A model generated the notes under the pieces. It did not search any database. It was not told the DNA's origin and saw only the letters and a list, made by a program, of their open reading frames with translations. Positions 22,547 to 32,772 of a DNA stretch of 64,000 nucleotides are shown in pieces. The stretch is from an uncultured Actinomycetota bacterium. Lineage in GTDB: Bacteria; Actinomycetota; Actinomycetes; JAFAQI01. The DNA is taken from assembly GCA_963770565.1 (NCBI GenBank), contig CAVYQE010000011.1, forward strand, positions 256,001 to 320,000. The letters are read 5' to 3'. A program made the position numbers and the translations under genes. How positions within the stretch are numbered: the stretch's first letter is position 1; every line of letters begins with the position of its first letter.

Positions 22547-25087
22547 ATGGCTGAAGTCTCGAGCCGCCGGGCGCTGATCGCCGTGGTGGCGACGGTCGCG
22601 ATGGCCGCGACCGGGTGCGAGACGCTGACGGTGCACGCCGCGGAGCCGACGGTGGTGGGGGTGCGGGCGCCTGCCGTGCATCCCGGCGGCGGCGGATCCG
22701 TCGCCGGTCGCTCGTGCACCGCGAAGCACTTTCGGTTGGAGTCGACCAAGCGCGCGGCGGCACAGGCCCGCCGACTGGTCGCGCGGATGACCCTGTCGCA
22801 AGAGGTCGACCTCATGCACGGCCTCGGCTTCGGGGGCTCGCCGGCCGGAACCGTCGGCGGTACGACGCCGATACCGGCCCTGAAGGTGCCCGGCCTCTAC
22901 CAGGAGGACGGCCCCGGCGGGGTCGGCGACGGCGACGGCGGCGTGACCCAGCTGCCGGCTCCGATCGCGCTCGCGGCGACCTTCGACCCGGCTGCGGCGC
23001 GCTGCTACGGCCAGGTGATCGGGACCGAGGCGCGGGGAAAGGGCATCAGCCTGATGTACGCCCCGACGGTGAACCTCGTCCGGGTGCCGCAGTGGGGCCG
23101 GGCCTTCGAAAGCTTCGGCGAGGATCCCTATCTGTCCGGAACCGTTGGGCGCGCGGAGATCGATGGGATCCAGCGCAGCGGCGTGATGGCACAGGTGAAG
23201 CACTTCGCGGTCTACAACCAGGAGTCCAACCGCAACACCCGCGCCGACGACGCGATCGTTGCTGAGCGCACGTTGCAGGAGGTCTACCTCAAGGTCTGGC
23301 GCCTGCTTGCAAGGTCTGACCCGGCGTCGATGATGTGCGCGTACTCGACCATCAACGGCAAGGCGGCATGCCAGAACGCCCCGCTGCTGAGCGGCTTCCT
23401 GCGTCATCAGCTCCACTACGACGGCTTCGTCGGTTCCGACTACAACGCGACGGACTCGACGGTCGCCTCGGTCAACGCCGGGCTCGACCAGGAGCAACCC
23501 GGAGCTGACTTCCTCGGCGATTCGCTGATCGAGGCGGTGCACGACGGGTCGGTATCGCGAAGCGTCGTCAACACCGCGGCCACGCGCATCCTCACCCAGA
23601 TGTATCGGTTCCGGATGTTCACCGACGACCCGAAACCGCGGCCGCTCCGCAAGGTCGACACGCCGGCTGACGCGCAGGTCGCCCGCCGGATCGCCGAGGA
23701 GAGCACGGTCCTGCTGAAGAACCGCCGCGGCGCCTTGCCGTTGCCCGGCACGGTCAACCTGGCCGTGATCGGGCCGGCCGCTGGTGGCGCGACGACCTCG
23801 ACCGGCGACGGCACCGCGAGCGTTGTGTCACCAGGGACGGTCACCCCGATCAAGGGCATCCGTGGCCGTGCGGGCGCCGGCTCCTCGATCACCTACACCG
23901 CCGGGCTGCCACGCCTCAGCGGGTTGGCCGCGATTCCCCCGGCGGACCTGAGCCCGGCCTACCCGTCCGGGGGCACGAGCGGGAACTTCACCGCGACCCT
24001 GACCGCGCCCCAGACCGGCACCTACATCCTGAGCTTCACACCGGGAACGATCTATCAGCAGGTGATCCTGTCGGTTGACGGTGTGCCGTTGCTCAGCGAT
24101 CCCAACACCGGGCCGGTGTCGACGTACACCGCCTCGGTGCACCTCCGCGCCGGCAGCAAGCACACGCTGACCATTGCCGGTCCATCCGGGACGTTGACTT
24201 GGATGACGCCGAGTGTGGTGCACCCGCCGATCGCCGCGGCCGCGGCGGCAGCGGCGAAGGCTAAGACGGCCGTCGTCGTGGTGGGTGACGGCCAGGAGTC
24301 CGAGGCGGCCGATCGGGCGTCGCTGGCCTTGCCGTCAGCGCAGGACGCGTTGATCGATGCGGTCGCCGCCGCCAACCCGCACACCATCGTCGTGGTCGAG
24401 GCTGGCGCCGCGGTCGCGATGCCATGGTTGTCGAAGGTCGAGGCCGTGGTCGACCAGTGGTACCCCGGTCAGACCGACGGTACGTCGCTGGCAGCCGTGC
24501 TGTTCGGCGCGGTGAACCCCTCCGGCCACCTCCCGGTCACCTTCCCTGCCTCGATGGCGAAGACGCCGGTGGCGGCCCGCAGCCGATTCCCGGGAGTTCG
24601 CGGCCAGGTGCATTACACCGAGGGCCGCAACATCGGCTACCGGTGGTGGATCGACACTCACCACCGGCCGCTGTTCCCGTTCGGATTCGGGTTGTCCTAC
24701 ACGCGGTTCCGCTACGGCACTCCGCGGGTGACGGTGGGCGGCCCGGCCTCCGCGCCGGTCGTGACGGTGATTGAGCGGATCACGAACGTGGGTCATGTCG
24801 CCGGTGCTGACGTCGCGCAGGTCTACCTCGGATTCCCGAAGGCCGTGCACGAGCCCGATCGCCAGCTCGTCGCTTATCAACGGGCGTCGTTGCGACCCGG
24901 TCAGAGTGCGTTCGCGGTCTTCACGCTGCGCGGCCTTGCGTTGGCCTACTTCGCGAAGCACGGCTGGCGGATCCCGGCCGGTCGGTTCCGGGTGCTGGTC
25001 GGTGATTCGTCCGCGTCCGCGCAACTGAGCCAGCCGGTGCGCTTCCGGCTGGCGACCAGCGTCAGCCTGCCCGATTCGGTGGAGTGA
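22547..25087 (+). CDS. GH3 beta-glucosidase, Tat-exported lipoprotein, with a PA14-like insert and FnIII C-terminus
   Basis: DGPGGV, WGRAFESFGEDP, KHF, GSDY, FPFGFGLSYT; SRRALI...ATGC signal. Confidence 0.93.
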   Translation: MAEVSSRRALIAVVATVAMAATGCETLTVHAAEPTVVGVRAPAVHPGGGGSVAGRSCTAKHFRLESTKRAAAQARRLVARMTLSQEVDLMHGLGFGGSPAGTVGGTTPIPALKVPGLYQEDGPGGVGDGDGGVTQLPAPIALAATFDPAAARCYGQVIGTEARGKGISLMYAPTVNLVRVPQWGRAFESFGEDPYLSGTVGRAEIDGIQRSGVMAQVKHFAVYNQESNRNTRADDAIVAERTLQEVYLKVWRLLARSDPASMMCAYSTINGKAACQNAPLLSGFLRHQLHYDGFVGSDYNATDSTVASVNAGLDQEQPGADFLGDSLIEAVHDGSVSRSVVNTAATRILTQMYRFRMFTDDPKPRPLRKVDTPADAQVARRIAEESTVLLKNRRGALPLPGTVNLAVIGPAAGGATTSTGDGTASVVSPGTVTPIKGIRGRAGAGSSITYTAGLPRLSGLAAIPPADLSPAYPSGGTSGNFTATLTAPQTGTYILSFTPGTIYQQVILSVDGVPLLSDPNTGPVSTYTASVHLRAGSKHTLTIAGPSGTLTWMTPSVVHPPIAAAAAAAAKAKTAVVVVGDGQESEAADRASLALPSAQDALIDAVAAANPHTIVVVEAGAAVAMPWLSKVEAVVDQWYPGQTDGTSLAAVLFGAVNPSGHLPVTFPASMAKTPVAARSRFPGVRGQVHYTEGRNIGYRWWIDTHHRPLFPFGFGLSYTRFRYGTPRVTVGGPASAPVVTVIERITNVGHVAGADVAQVYLGFPKAVHEPDRQLVAYQRASLRPGQSAFAVFTLRGLALAYFAKHGWRIPAGRFRVLVGDSSASAQLSQPVRFRLATSVSLPDSVE

Positions 25088-25097
25088 CCCGCCGCCC

Positions 25098-25850
25098 TCA
25101 GCTGTACATCAGCGAGCCGGGCGTGGTCAGCAGCTCGCCCGACTCGAGCCAGGTCTTCAGGCCGGACAGGATCATCGGCCAGCCGCCGTACAGCTGGTCG
25201 TTGGCGCCTTCGCGCATCTGGTCGTGAGTGACCAGCAGCCGGCACGAGTCACCGACCGGCTCGATGTCCCAGGTGACCCGTGATGCGCCCTCGGCCTTCA
25301 CGTCCTCGCCCCACAGCGCGATCATCGTGTGCACGAGCCGGCGCGGGGGATCGACCTCGAGCACCTCGCCCTCGCCAAGCAGGCTGGGCGCCTTGGGCGA
25401 GCTCATCTCAATCCGGGCCCCCGGGGTCCAGTCCGAATGCGCCTCCATGCCGAACTGGTACTTGCTCCGGATCGTGGGGTCCGTGATCGCCTCCCAGAGC
25501 CGTTCCGGGGTGGTGCGGATATAGATCTCGTAGACCTTTTCCATGGTCTTCTCCAGTTCGTGTTTGAGGTCGCTGAGCGTCGCCACCCAGGGTTCGGAGT
25601 ACTTGCTCACCCACCGGTCGTGGACTCCCCGGATCGGGACCGGGTTGAGGAAGTGGAGCTTTTCCCGGCCGCGCCGCCTGGTGACGACGAGGCCGGCCGC
25701 CTCGAGCTGCTTGAGGTGCTTCATGACCCCGAACCGGGTCATCGGAAAGCGTTCCTCGAGCTGGTGCAAGGTCTGGCCGTCGGCGCTGAACAGCGCGTCG
25801 AGCAGCTGCCGCCGGGTCGGATCGGCAAGCGCTTTGAAGACCTCGTCCAC
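25098..25850 (-). CDS. ArsR-family regulator fused to an SRPBCC/AHSA1 domain
   Basis: FKALADPTRR, KHLKQLEAAGLV; PERLWEAITD...GWPMILSGLKT. Confidence 0.92.
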   Translation of the reverse strand: MDEVFKALADPTRRQLLDALFSADGQTLHQLEERFPMTRFGVMKHLKQLEAAGLVVTRRRGREKLHFLNPVPIRGVHDRWVSKYSEPWVATLSDLKHELEKTMEKVYEIYIRTTPERLWEAITDPTIRSKYQFGMEAHSDWTPGARIEMSSPKAPSLLGEGEVLEVDPPRRLVHTMIALWGEDVKAEGASRVTWDIEPVGDSCRLLVTHDQMREGANDQLYGGWPMILSGLKTWLESGELLTTPGSLMYS

Positions 25851-25862
25851 GGCACTGAGATT

Positions 25863-25882
25863 AGGTGACCAATTGGTCACCT
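25863..25882. promoter_or_regulatory. Perfect 20-bp palindrome AGGTGACCAATTGGTCACCT, probable ArsR operator
   Basis: Directly upstream of the apparently leaderless arsR start. Confidence 0.8.
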
Positions 25883-25891
25883 GTCAATCCA

Positions 25892-25946
25892 CACGGATGG
25901 CCCATGGGTGGGGCTATAGCCCCACGGATGGCCCATTGGTGGGGCT
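25892..25946. repeat. 24-bp direct repeat x2 (CACGGATGGCCCATKGGTGGGGCT), 31-bp period
   Basis: Copies at 25892 and 25923 differ at one position. Confidence 0.75.
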
Positions 25947-25966
25947 CGTGCTGAGTGCCGCCCGAG

Positions 25967-26692
25967 TCAGGGTGAAGTGGAAGGCGTCGGGATCGTCGTG
26001 ATCTTCGCCTTGGGCGGAAGGGTGAACAGCGACGACGACGGCGAACCGGTGTAGTTCTTGATCTCGAACTTGGTCTGGTCCGAGGCGACCTTCACGTAGC
26101 CGAGGATGCCCTGTGACGTCGTACAGATCGTGCTCTTGCCGGACACGCCGGTCGCAACGAAGTCGACGCAGCTCATCGCGAATCCGTTGACCGTCTTCGT
26201 CGACGAGGTCACCTTGTCTCCGGCGAATCCGGCGGCGAGGGAGAAGTCGCGCAGGAAGGTCACCCAGTGCGACGGCGTGTAGAAGTCGAAGATCTTGTTC
26301 TCGGTCTGCGACTTCACCGGGCCAAGCATCTGGCAGGACGGTCGTGCCCGCGAGCCGCTGGTCGGCACCTTGCAGTCGTACTCGCCGGTGGAGTTCACGA
26401 TGATCGACGTGCTGGTCTTGCCGTGCGCCGGGGTGTCGGTGAAAGCGAGGCCGTTCGGCGGTTGTACGGCGTAGACGATCGTGGCCGGCGAGGACCCGGT
26501 TGTGACATAGGTCGCCTGGAACGGGATCGCCTCGCTGGACTTCAGCTGGTTGGTGAACGACGCGATCGTCGCCTTGTTGCTGTCGACGTCGTGCCGGATC
26601 GTGTTGGCGGCCTTCACCGCCGCGCAACCGGTCAACGCGAGAGCGCCGAGTGCGATGAGAGCCGCGGCCCGCCGGCCGGGGTGTCTGGTCAT
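25967..26692 (-). CDS. Hypothetical lipoprotein
   Basis: Lipobox LTGC; Thr/Ser-rich with paired Cys. Confidence 0.75.
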   Translation of the reverse strand: MTRHPGRRAAALIALGALALTGCAAVKAANTIRHDVDSNKATIASFTNQLKSSEAIPFQATYVTTGSSPATIVYAVQPPNGLAFTDTPAHGKTSTSIIVNSTGEYDCKVPTSGSRARPSCQMLGPVKSQTENKIFDFYTPSHWVTFLRDFSLAAGFAGDKVTSSTKTVNGFAMSCVDFVATGVSGKSTICTTSQGILGYVKVASDQTKFEIKNYTGSPSSSLFTLPPKAKITTIPTPSTSP

Positions 26693-26783
26693 GGCTTGCA
26701 TCTCCAGCCGCCGGAGCGAGACGAGGCCCCCCGGTCCCGCGTGCAAGCAGAATACGACGGCGATGATCGCTTAGGGTCGCATC

Positions 26784-27212
26784 GTGAGCGCGGCGGACGG
26801 GTTTCATCACCGGCTTCACCACGTCGTCCCATCCGACCTGTCCGATGTCACCGCTCAGACCCCGGGGATGACGCGGGTCGAGGCGCTGTCCGGTGCAACC
26901 GTCGGGTCGACGGCGTTGTGGATGGGGCAGACCCACGTCGCGCCCGGCACCCGGTCGGCCAACCATCACCACGGCGAGTCCGAGACCGGCATCTACGTCG
27001 CCAGCGGACATCCGGTCTTCGTGTTCCTCGACGGCGAGGTGGAGCGACGGTTGGAGACCAGCCCGGGCGACTACGTGTACGTGCCGCCGTGGGTCCCGCA
27101 TCGCGAGGAGAACCCCGATCCCGACGACGAGGCGGTTGTGGTGATAGCCCGCACCACACAGGAAGCAATCGTGATCAACGTGGACGATCTCCGCTGGTCG
27201 GAGCCGACCTAA
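26784..27212 (+). CDS. Cupin domain protein
   Basis: HHHGESET...PGD...VPP.VPHRE. Confidence 0.9.
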   Translation: MSAADGFHHRLHHVVPSDLSDVTAQTPGMTRVEALSGATVGSTALWMGQTHVAPGTRSANHHHGESETGIYVASGHPVFVFLDGEVERRLETSPGDYVYVPPWVPHREENPDPDDEAVVVIARTTQEAIVINVDDLRWSEPT

Positions 27213-27249
27213 CCCGAGGATCGACCGGCCCCGAGTTAGGGTGCCCGCC

Positions 27250-28386
27250 ATGCGGATTGTCGTGCTCGGCGCGGGCTTCGGCGGCCTCGAGTTGACCACG
27301 CTGTTGTCGGAGGAGTTCGGCGACGAACTCGACCTGGTCCTCATCGACAAAGCCGAAGGCTTTGTGTTCGGCTTTGCCAAGCTCGACGTCATGTTCGGTC
27401 GCGCGACCGCGGACGACGTGCTCCACCATTACGCCGAGATCGTCAAGCCCGGGGTCAGGTTCGTGCGGTCGACGGTCCGTTCGTTCGACCCGGTGGCGAA
27501 GCGGGTGAGCACAGACGTCGGCGACTTCGAGGCGGACATCCTGGTGGTCGCGCTCGGTGCCGACCTCGATCCCGCGGGCACCCCGGGGCTGGTCGAGGCC
27601 GGCCACGAGTTCTACACCGTCGCGGGCGCCTTTGCGCTGCGGAGCGTGCTCGAGGAGTTCGAGGGCGGGAGGGTCGTCGTCGGGGTCACCTCGACACCCT
27701 TCAAGTGCCCGCCGGCACCGAGCGAGACCGCACTGCTGATGCACGACCTGCTGGACCGGCGGGGGCTGCTCGAGTCGTCGACGGTGTCCCTGGTGATGCC
27801 GATGGGGGTGCCGATCCCGCCGTCGCCGGCCGCGTCGGCGGCACTGCTCGATGCGTTCGCCGAGCGCGGCATCGAGTGGCACCCGGGCAAGCTGATCACC
27901 GGGCTCGATCCTCGGCGCAAGGTGGCGCAGTTCGCCGACGGCGGCGAGATTGCCTTCGATTTGTTCCTCGGCGTACCCGTGCATCGGGCGCCCGCCGTGG
28001 TCCTCGAGTCGGGGATGGCCGCCGACGGCTGGATCCAGGTCAACCCGCTCACTCTCGAGACGGCGTTTCCGGACGTCTACGCGGTCGGCGACGTCACCAG
28101 CATCGGCACCCCGAAAGCCGGGGTCTTCGCCGAGGGGCAGGCGATCGTCGCCGCGGCCGGCATCGCGGCCCGATTGCGCGGCGCCGGCCCGGCTGAGGCG
28201 ACGTACGACGGTCGGGGCCTGTGCTACCTCGAGTTCGGCCGCGATGCGGTGGCGAAGGTGGATGTCATGTTCCGCAGCGGCGAGGCGCCGGTCGGCAGCC
28301 TGGAAGGGCCCTCGGCGGAGCTGGTCGGCGACAAGGTGCGCTTCGGAGCCAGTCGCCGCAGCCGATGGTTCGGCGACCAGGGCTGA
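27250..28386 (+). CDS. FAD-dependent oxidoreductase, sulfide:quinone oxidoreductase-like
   Basis: GAGFGG, KCPPAP.E, YAVGD, PKAG and CYLE motifs. Confidence 0.85.
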   Translation: MRIVVLGAGFGGLELTTLLSEEFGDELDLVLIDKAEGFVFGFAKLDVMFGRATADDVLHHYAEIVKPGVRFVRSTVRSFDPVAKRVSTDVGDFEADILVVALGADLDPAGTPGLVEAGHEFYTVAGAFALRSVLEEFEGGRVVVGVTSTPFKCPPAPSETALLMHDLLDRRGLLESSTVSLVMPMGVPIPPSPAASAALLDAFAERGIEWHPGKLITGLDPRRKVAQFADGGEIAFDLFLGVPVHRAPAVVLESGMAADGWIQVNPLTLETAFPDVYAVGDVTSIGTPKAGVFAEGQAIVAAAGIAARLRGAGPAEATYDGRGLCYLEFGRDAVAKVDVMFRSGEAPVGSLEGPSAELVGDKVRFGASRRSRWFGDQG

Positions 28387-28500
28387 CCGGGCGCACGCTC
28401 AACGAGAGTGATCAGCGGCCTGATTGCCCCCAAATGGGTGATTGTCCCGTCCTCCGATCGGCCGATAGAAGGAGCAGTGCGGTGGGTACGAACCATCGCA

Positions 28501-29508
28501 ATGGCTGAGGTGAGGCACGTGGCAAGGCGGCTGGTTCGGCGTTGGGCGCTCGGGTGCGTCGTGGCCGCCACCAGCACAGCCCTCGTCGGCTTCACCGGAT
28601 TCGCGGCCCCGGCTGCCGCCAACGGGTCGATGGCGCAAGGCGCCGCAGCGGGTGCGGCTGTGCGGCAGCCGGTCCGGGTCATGACCTACAACATCCTCGA
28701 GCTCAGCGCGGACGGTCGACGCGAGGGCACCGGGACGGTTGCCCCGTGGTCGCAGCGCAAGCGTGGCGCGGTCGCCCTCATCAAGCAGGCGAACCCCGAC
28801 GTCGTGGCGATCCAGGAGGGCTCGGACTGGGTCGGCCGGCCGCGGGGAGCCCGCCAGATCGACTCGCTGCGGGCCGCGCTCGGCGGTGTCTACGCCCTGA
28901 GCCACACCGAGATCTCGCCGAGCCAGCCACACTTCTTCCGCACCGGCGTATACATCCTCTACAAGAAGGCCGAGTACAAACCGTACGGACATGCGTGGCA
29001 CTGGGGGATCGGCAACCAGCGCTGGGCGGCGTACCAGCTGTTGGAGAACCGGCAGACCCACGCGCGCTTCCTCTTCGTGTCGACCCACTTGCTGGTCGGC
29101 GACGGCGCGGCCGACGACCGGCTCCGTGAGCGCGAGACCAAGACCCTGCTCAGCAAGGCCGGCGCCTTCGCGGCCGCTCACCACGTCCCAGTGATCTATG
29201 GCGGCGACTTCAACAGCGACCACAACGCACGCCACGCCTTCAACGGCCCGGCCATCGCGATGCGCGAGGCGAATGACACCGACACGTTCAACGCGGCGAA
29301 GATCCGCAGCCTCGGGAAGTACAACTCGGCCAACCAGTACATGCGCCGGCCGCCGAAGTTCGGCGACCACATCGACTACGTGTTCACCTCGCCGGACGTG
29401 ACAGTTCAGTCGTGGCGAATGGTCATGCGACTGCATCACGGTCACCTGGTTGGCGTAATCCCCTCCGACCACAATCCGGTCGTCGCCACCGTGCTGTTTC
29501 GCTACTAG
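28501..29508 (+). CDS. Secreted endonuclease/exonuclease/phosphatase (EEP) protein
   Basis: TYNI, IQE, GDFN, IDYVF, SDHNP. Confidence 0.9.
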   Translation: MAEVRHVARRLVRRWALGCVVAATSTALVGFTGFAAPAAANGSMAQGAAAGAAVRQPVRVMTYNILELSADGRREGTGTVAPWSQRKRGAVALIKQANPDVVAIQEGSDWVGRPRGARQIDSLRAALGGVYALSHTEISPSQPHFFRTGVYILYKKAEYKPYGHAWHWGIGNQRWAAYQLLENRQTHARFLFVSTHLLVGDGAADDRLRERETKTLLSKAGAFAAAHHVPVIYGGDFNSDHNARHAFNGPAIAMREANDTDTFNAAKIRSLGKYNSANQYMRRPPKFGDHIDYVFTSPDVTVQSWRMVMRLHHGHLVGVIPSDHNPVVATVLFRY

Positions 29509-29617
29509 GGACATTTGCACCGGGGCCTCCGACCCCAATCGGATTAGGCATTTTGCCAACCGGCTTGCTCCGGTTGGGCGATCGGTTTTGACGCTCCGGT
29601 GACCGATTCACACTGAT

Positions 29618-31126
29618 ATGGCAGGCAGAAAACCACGAGGGGTGGCGCTCGGTGCGGCGTCGCTAATCGGCCTTGCTTGGATCGCAGTGCCGTCGCTCGC
29701 GTCAGCAGGCACTGCGAAGGTCGAGCCGCCACACGGACTGCATGTCGTGAAGGTGTCCTCGTCGTCGTTCACGGTGGCCTCGAAGCAGTCGTCCGGCGCG
29801 AACCGCTACCGGCTGTTCGCCTCGACCAACAAACGTGACCTTTTCGTGAGCAACATCGAATCGGCGAAGCGGTCCGGTCTGTCGTCCACCCCGTTGCTCA
29901 GCTTGCGCGGCCTGCACTACACCTCGACGCCGTACTACTACCGGGTCGAGGCGATGAACGGTTCTCGCCGGCGCTTCTCGGCGGTCATCGGATCGGTCGG
30001 GCTTCGGCCGGCCACGCCGACCCACGTCTCGGTGAGCAGCAGCACCCTCGGTACGTCCCTGCACTGGCAGAGCGGTGCGGCCACCGGCTACTCGATCGTC
30101 CAGGCCACCGACCCGACGATGACGCAGAACCGCACGGTCTACACGACCACCGGGCCCGATCGGCAGTTCACGCCGTACAACCTGGTGCCGGGTACGACGT
30201 ACTACTTCCAGGTCCGTGCGCTCAACGCGAGCACGCCGTCACCGGCCACCCCGCCGGTCGAAACCACCGCGACCGCGTCCGAGCAGCCGGTCAAGGTCAT
30301 GACCTACAACGTCCTCGAGGCATTCAACGACGGCCGCAAGGAAGGCGACGGGACCGTCGCCCCGTGGTCGAAGCGGGTGGTCGCCGCGGCGAAGCTGATC
30401 CGCCAGGCCGATCCGGACGTCGTGTCGGTCCAGGAAGCGGCGGCCTGGACGGGCGCGCCGCGCGGTCCCCGCCAGATCGACTCGCTGGTGAAGCAACTCG
30501 GCGGCGAGTACACCCTGGCCGACACCGAGATCCCGCCGAGCCAGCCGCACTACTTCCGCACCGGCTGCTACATCCTCTACAAGTCCGCGGACTTCGAGGC
30601 GGTCGGCGCCGGCAACCACTGGGGCCTCGGCAACCAGCGCTGGGCGGCGTACCAGGAGTTGGAGAGCCGGACCAGCGGTGCGCGGTTCCTCATGGTTGCG
30701 CCGCACCTGGTCGTAGGCAACGGCATGAAGTTCGACAAGGAGCGCCAGGCGGAGACGCAGAGCCTGTTGAAGCAAGCCGGCGCACTCGCTGCGAAGGACT
30801 CGGTTCCGGTCGTCTACGCCGGCGATTTCAACAGCGACCCGGACAAGCGGCACACCTTCAACGCGCCCGCGCTCGCGATGCAGTCCGCGCAGATCGATGA
30901 CGCGTTCGACGTCGCCCAGTCGCGGACGAACGCGAAGTACAACAGTGCGAACGAGTACTTCCGCCGGCCTCTTGCCGACGGCTACCACATCGATTACGTG
31001 TTCGCGCCGGCCGGCGTTGCGGTGAAGTCGTGGAAACTGATCATCGACCTTCGCCACGGCAGGTTCGTCGGTGTCATCCCGTCCGACCACAACCCGGTGA
31101 TGGCAGACCTGCTCATCTCGTACTAA
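29618..31126 (+). CDS. Secreted FnIII + EEP domain protein, paralog of the preceding gene
   Basis: LVPGTTYYFQVRALN FnIII; TYNV, QE, GDFN, SDHNP. Confidence 0.9.
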   Translation: MAGRKPRGVALGAASLIGLAWIAVPSLASAGTAKVEPPHGLHVVKVSSSSFTVASKQSSGANRYRLFASTNKRDLFVSNIESAKRSGLSSTPLLSLRGLHYTSTPYYYRVEAMNGSRRRFSAVIGSVGLRPATPTHVSVSSSTLGTSLHWQSGAATGYSIVQATDPTMTQNRTVYTTTGPDRQFTPYNLVPGTTYYFQVRALNASTPSPATPPVETTATASEQPVKVMTYNVLEAFNDGRKEGDGTVAPWSKRVVAAAKLIRQADPDVVSVQEAAAWTGAPRGPRQIDSLVKQLGGEYTLADTEIPPSQPHYFRTGCYILYKSADFEAVGAGNHWGLGNQRWAAYQELESRTSGARFLMVAPHLVVGNGMKFDKERQAETQSLLKQAGALAAKDSVPVVYAGDFNSDPDKRHTFNAPALAMQSAQIDDAFDVAQSRTNAKYNSANEYFRRPLADGYHIDYVFAPAGVAVKSWKLIIDLRHGRFVGVIPSDHNPVMADLLISY

Positions 31127-31183
31127 CCCGTCCGGCTCGATCCTCGCCTTAGGCTTTCCTGCTCGATCCGTCGGGTGAGGACC

Positions 31184-31255
31184 GACGCCGGATTCACCCG
31201 GTTCCGCCGGGCGACCGAGACGCCGTTCAACCTCGTCGACGAGGTACGTCCGTAG
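31184..31255 (+). pseudogene. 3' remnant of a class I SAM methyltransferase gene
   Basis: Reads DAGFTRFRRATETPFNLVDEVRP*, resembling the C-terminus of Rv2258c-like methyltransferases; the upstream gene body is absent. Confidence 0.65.
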
Positions 31256-31312
31256 GACCGTGGGCTGCTCGGCGCGTCAACGCAACGTGTTGGCCGCCGA
31301 GCAGCCGCGCGG

Positions 31313-32695
31313 TCAGTTCGCGGCGACCGCGCGCCGAACCGCGTCGACCGACCGGCGGATGTCCTCGTCATCGGTCGTCCAGTTGCTGACCGAGATCCGG
31401 AGCACGTCGCGGCCCTGCCAGCGCGAGCCCGACATCCACACCGCGCCGTCGTCGATGAGCCACGCGGTGACGGCCCGGGTGCGCTCGTCGCTGCCGAAGC
31501 TCAGGCAGACCTGGGTGTAGACGACGTCGTTGCAAATCTCGACCCCGTCGATCTGTGCCAGCTGGTCGGCCAGCGCCTTGGCGCTGTACACCAGTCGCTC
31601 GACCAGGTCTGCGACACCGTGTCGGCCGAGTGAGCGCAATGCGGCCCAGACCGGCACCCCGCGAGCCCGCCGGGACATCTCCGGGACCCGGTCGAAGGGG
31701 TCGCCGGCTGCGTCGGCAATGAAGTAGCTCGCCTTGACGCTGAGGGCAGCGCTCAGGGGCTCCGGGTCGGCGACGACCGCGATTCCGCAGTCGTAGGGCA
31801 CGTTCAGGGTCTTGTGCGCGTCACTCGCCCACGAGTCGGCGGCAGCCAGGCCGCCGGTCAGGTTGCTCAAGGTCGGGGTGGCGGCGGCCCACAGGCCGAA
31901 CGCACCGTCGACATGGGCCCAGCCGTCGTGCCGGTGTGCGAGGTCGGCCGCCGCGCCGATGTCGTCAAAGCCGCCTGAGTGCAGGTTGCCGGCCTGAAGA
32001 CAGACGATCACCGCCGTATCCGCCGGCCCGTCTCGCAGCGTGGCGTCGAGCGCGTCGATCCGGATCAGGCCCTGCTCGTCGGCCGGCACGATCTCGGCGG
32101 TGCCGAGCCCGAGGTAGCGCAGCGCCAGATCGACCGAGGTGTGCCGTTCCGCTCCGGCCAGGACGCGCACCCGGGGTCCGCCGGTCAGCCCGTCGCGCTC
32201 GACGTCCCAGCCGGCCCGCTTGAGTACGGCGTACCTGGCCGCGGCCAGGCAGGCGAAGTTCGCCGAGGTCGCTCCGGTGGCGAAGCCGACGGCCGCGCCG
32301 CGCGGAAGGTCGAGCAGGTCGAGCAGCCAGGCCGCCGCAGCCTCCTCGGCCGCAACCACCGCCGGTGTCGCGTAGCGCATGCCGGCGTTCTGATCCCAGG
32401 CGCTCACCAGCCAGTCGGCGGCGAGTGCGGCCGGCAACGTGCCGCCCATGACCCAGCCGTAGAAGCGCCCGGCCGGGCTCGCCATGAGCCCCGGCTCGGC
32501 GAGCCGGGCCAGTTCGTCGATGACCTCTTCAGGGGCGGTCGAATCCTCAGGCAGTGCGCCACCGAAGGCAGCCAGGAGGTCGTCGGCGGAAGCGGTCGGT
32601 CCGACCCGTCGTGACCCCAGCGACTCGAGCCACACCCGGGCTCGTTCGGCCGCGACGGCCAATGGTTTGTCGTAGTCGGCCGCGTCAACGCCCAT
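31313..32695 (-). CDS. Group II PLP-dependent decarboxylase
   Basis: HVDGAFG, DSWASDAHK.LNVPY, PEMSRRAR. Confidence 0.92.
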   Translation of the reverse strand: MGVDAADYDKPLAVAAERARVWLESLGSRRVGPTASADDLLAAFGGALPEDSTAPEEVIDELARLAEPGLMASPAGRFYGWVMGGTLPAALAADWLVSAWDQNAGMRYATPAVVAAEEAAAAWLLDLLDLPRGAAVGFATGATSANFACLAAARYAVLKRAGWDVERDGLTGGPRVRVLAGAERHTSVDLALRYLGLGTAEIVPADEQGLIRIDALDATLRDGPADTAVIVCLQAGNLHSGGFDDIGAAADLAHRHDGWAHVDGAFGLWAAATPTLSNLTGGLAAADSWASDAHKTLNVPYDCGIAVVADPEPLSAALSVKASYFIADAAGDPFDRVPEMSRRARGVPVWAALRSLGRHGVADLVERLVYSAKALADQLAQIDGVEICNDVVYTQVCLSFGSDERTRAVTAWLIDDGAVWMSGSRWQGRDVLRISVSNWTTDDEDIRRSVDAVRRAVAAN

Positions 32696-32772
32696 GTCCG
32701 CCTCGCCTTCGTCGTGACCAGGCTATTGCGGCGCGGCATAGAGACAGAACGGGTTTCCGGCCCGGTGGCGGG

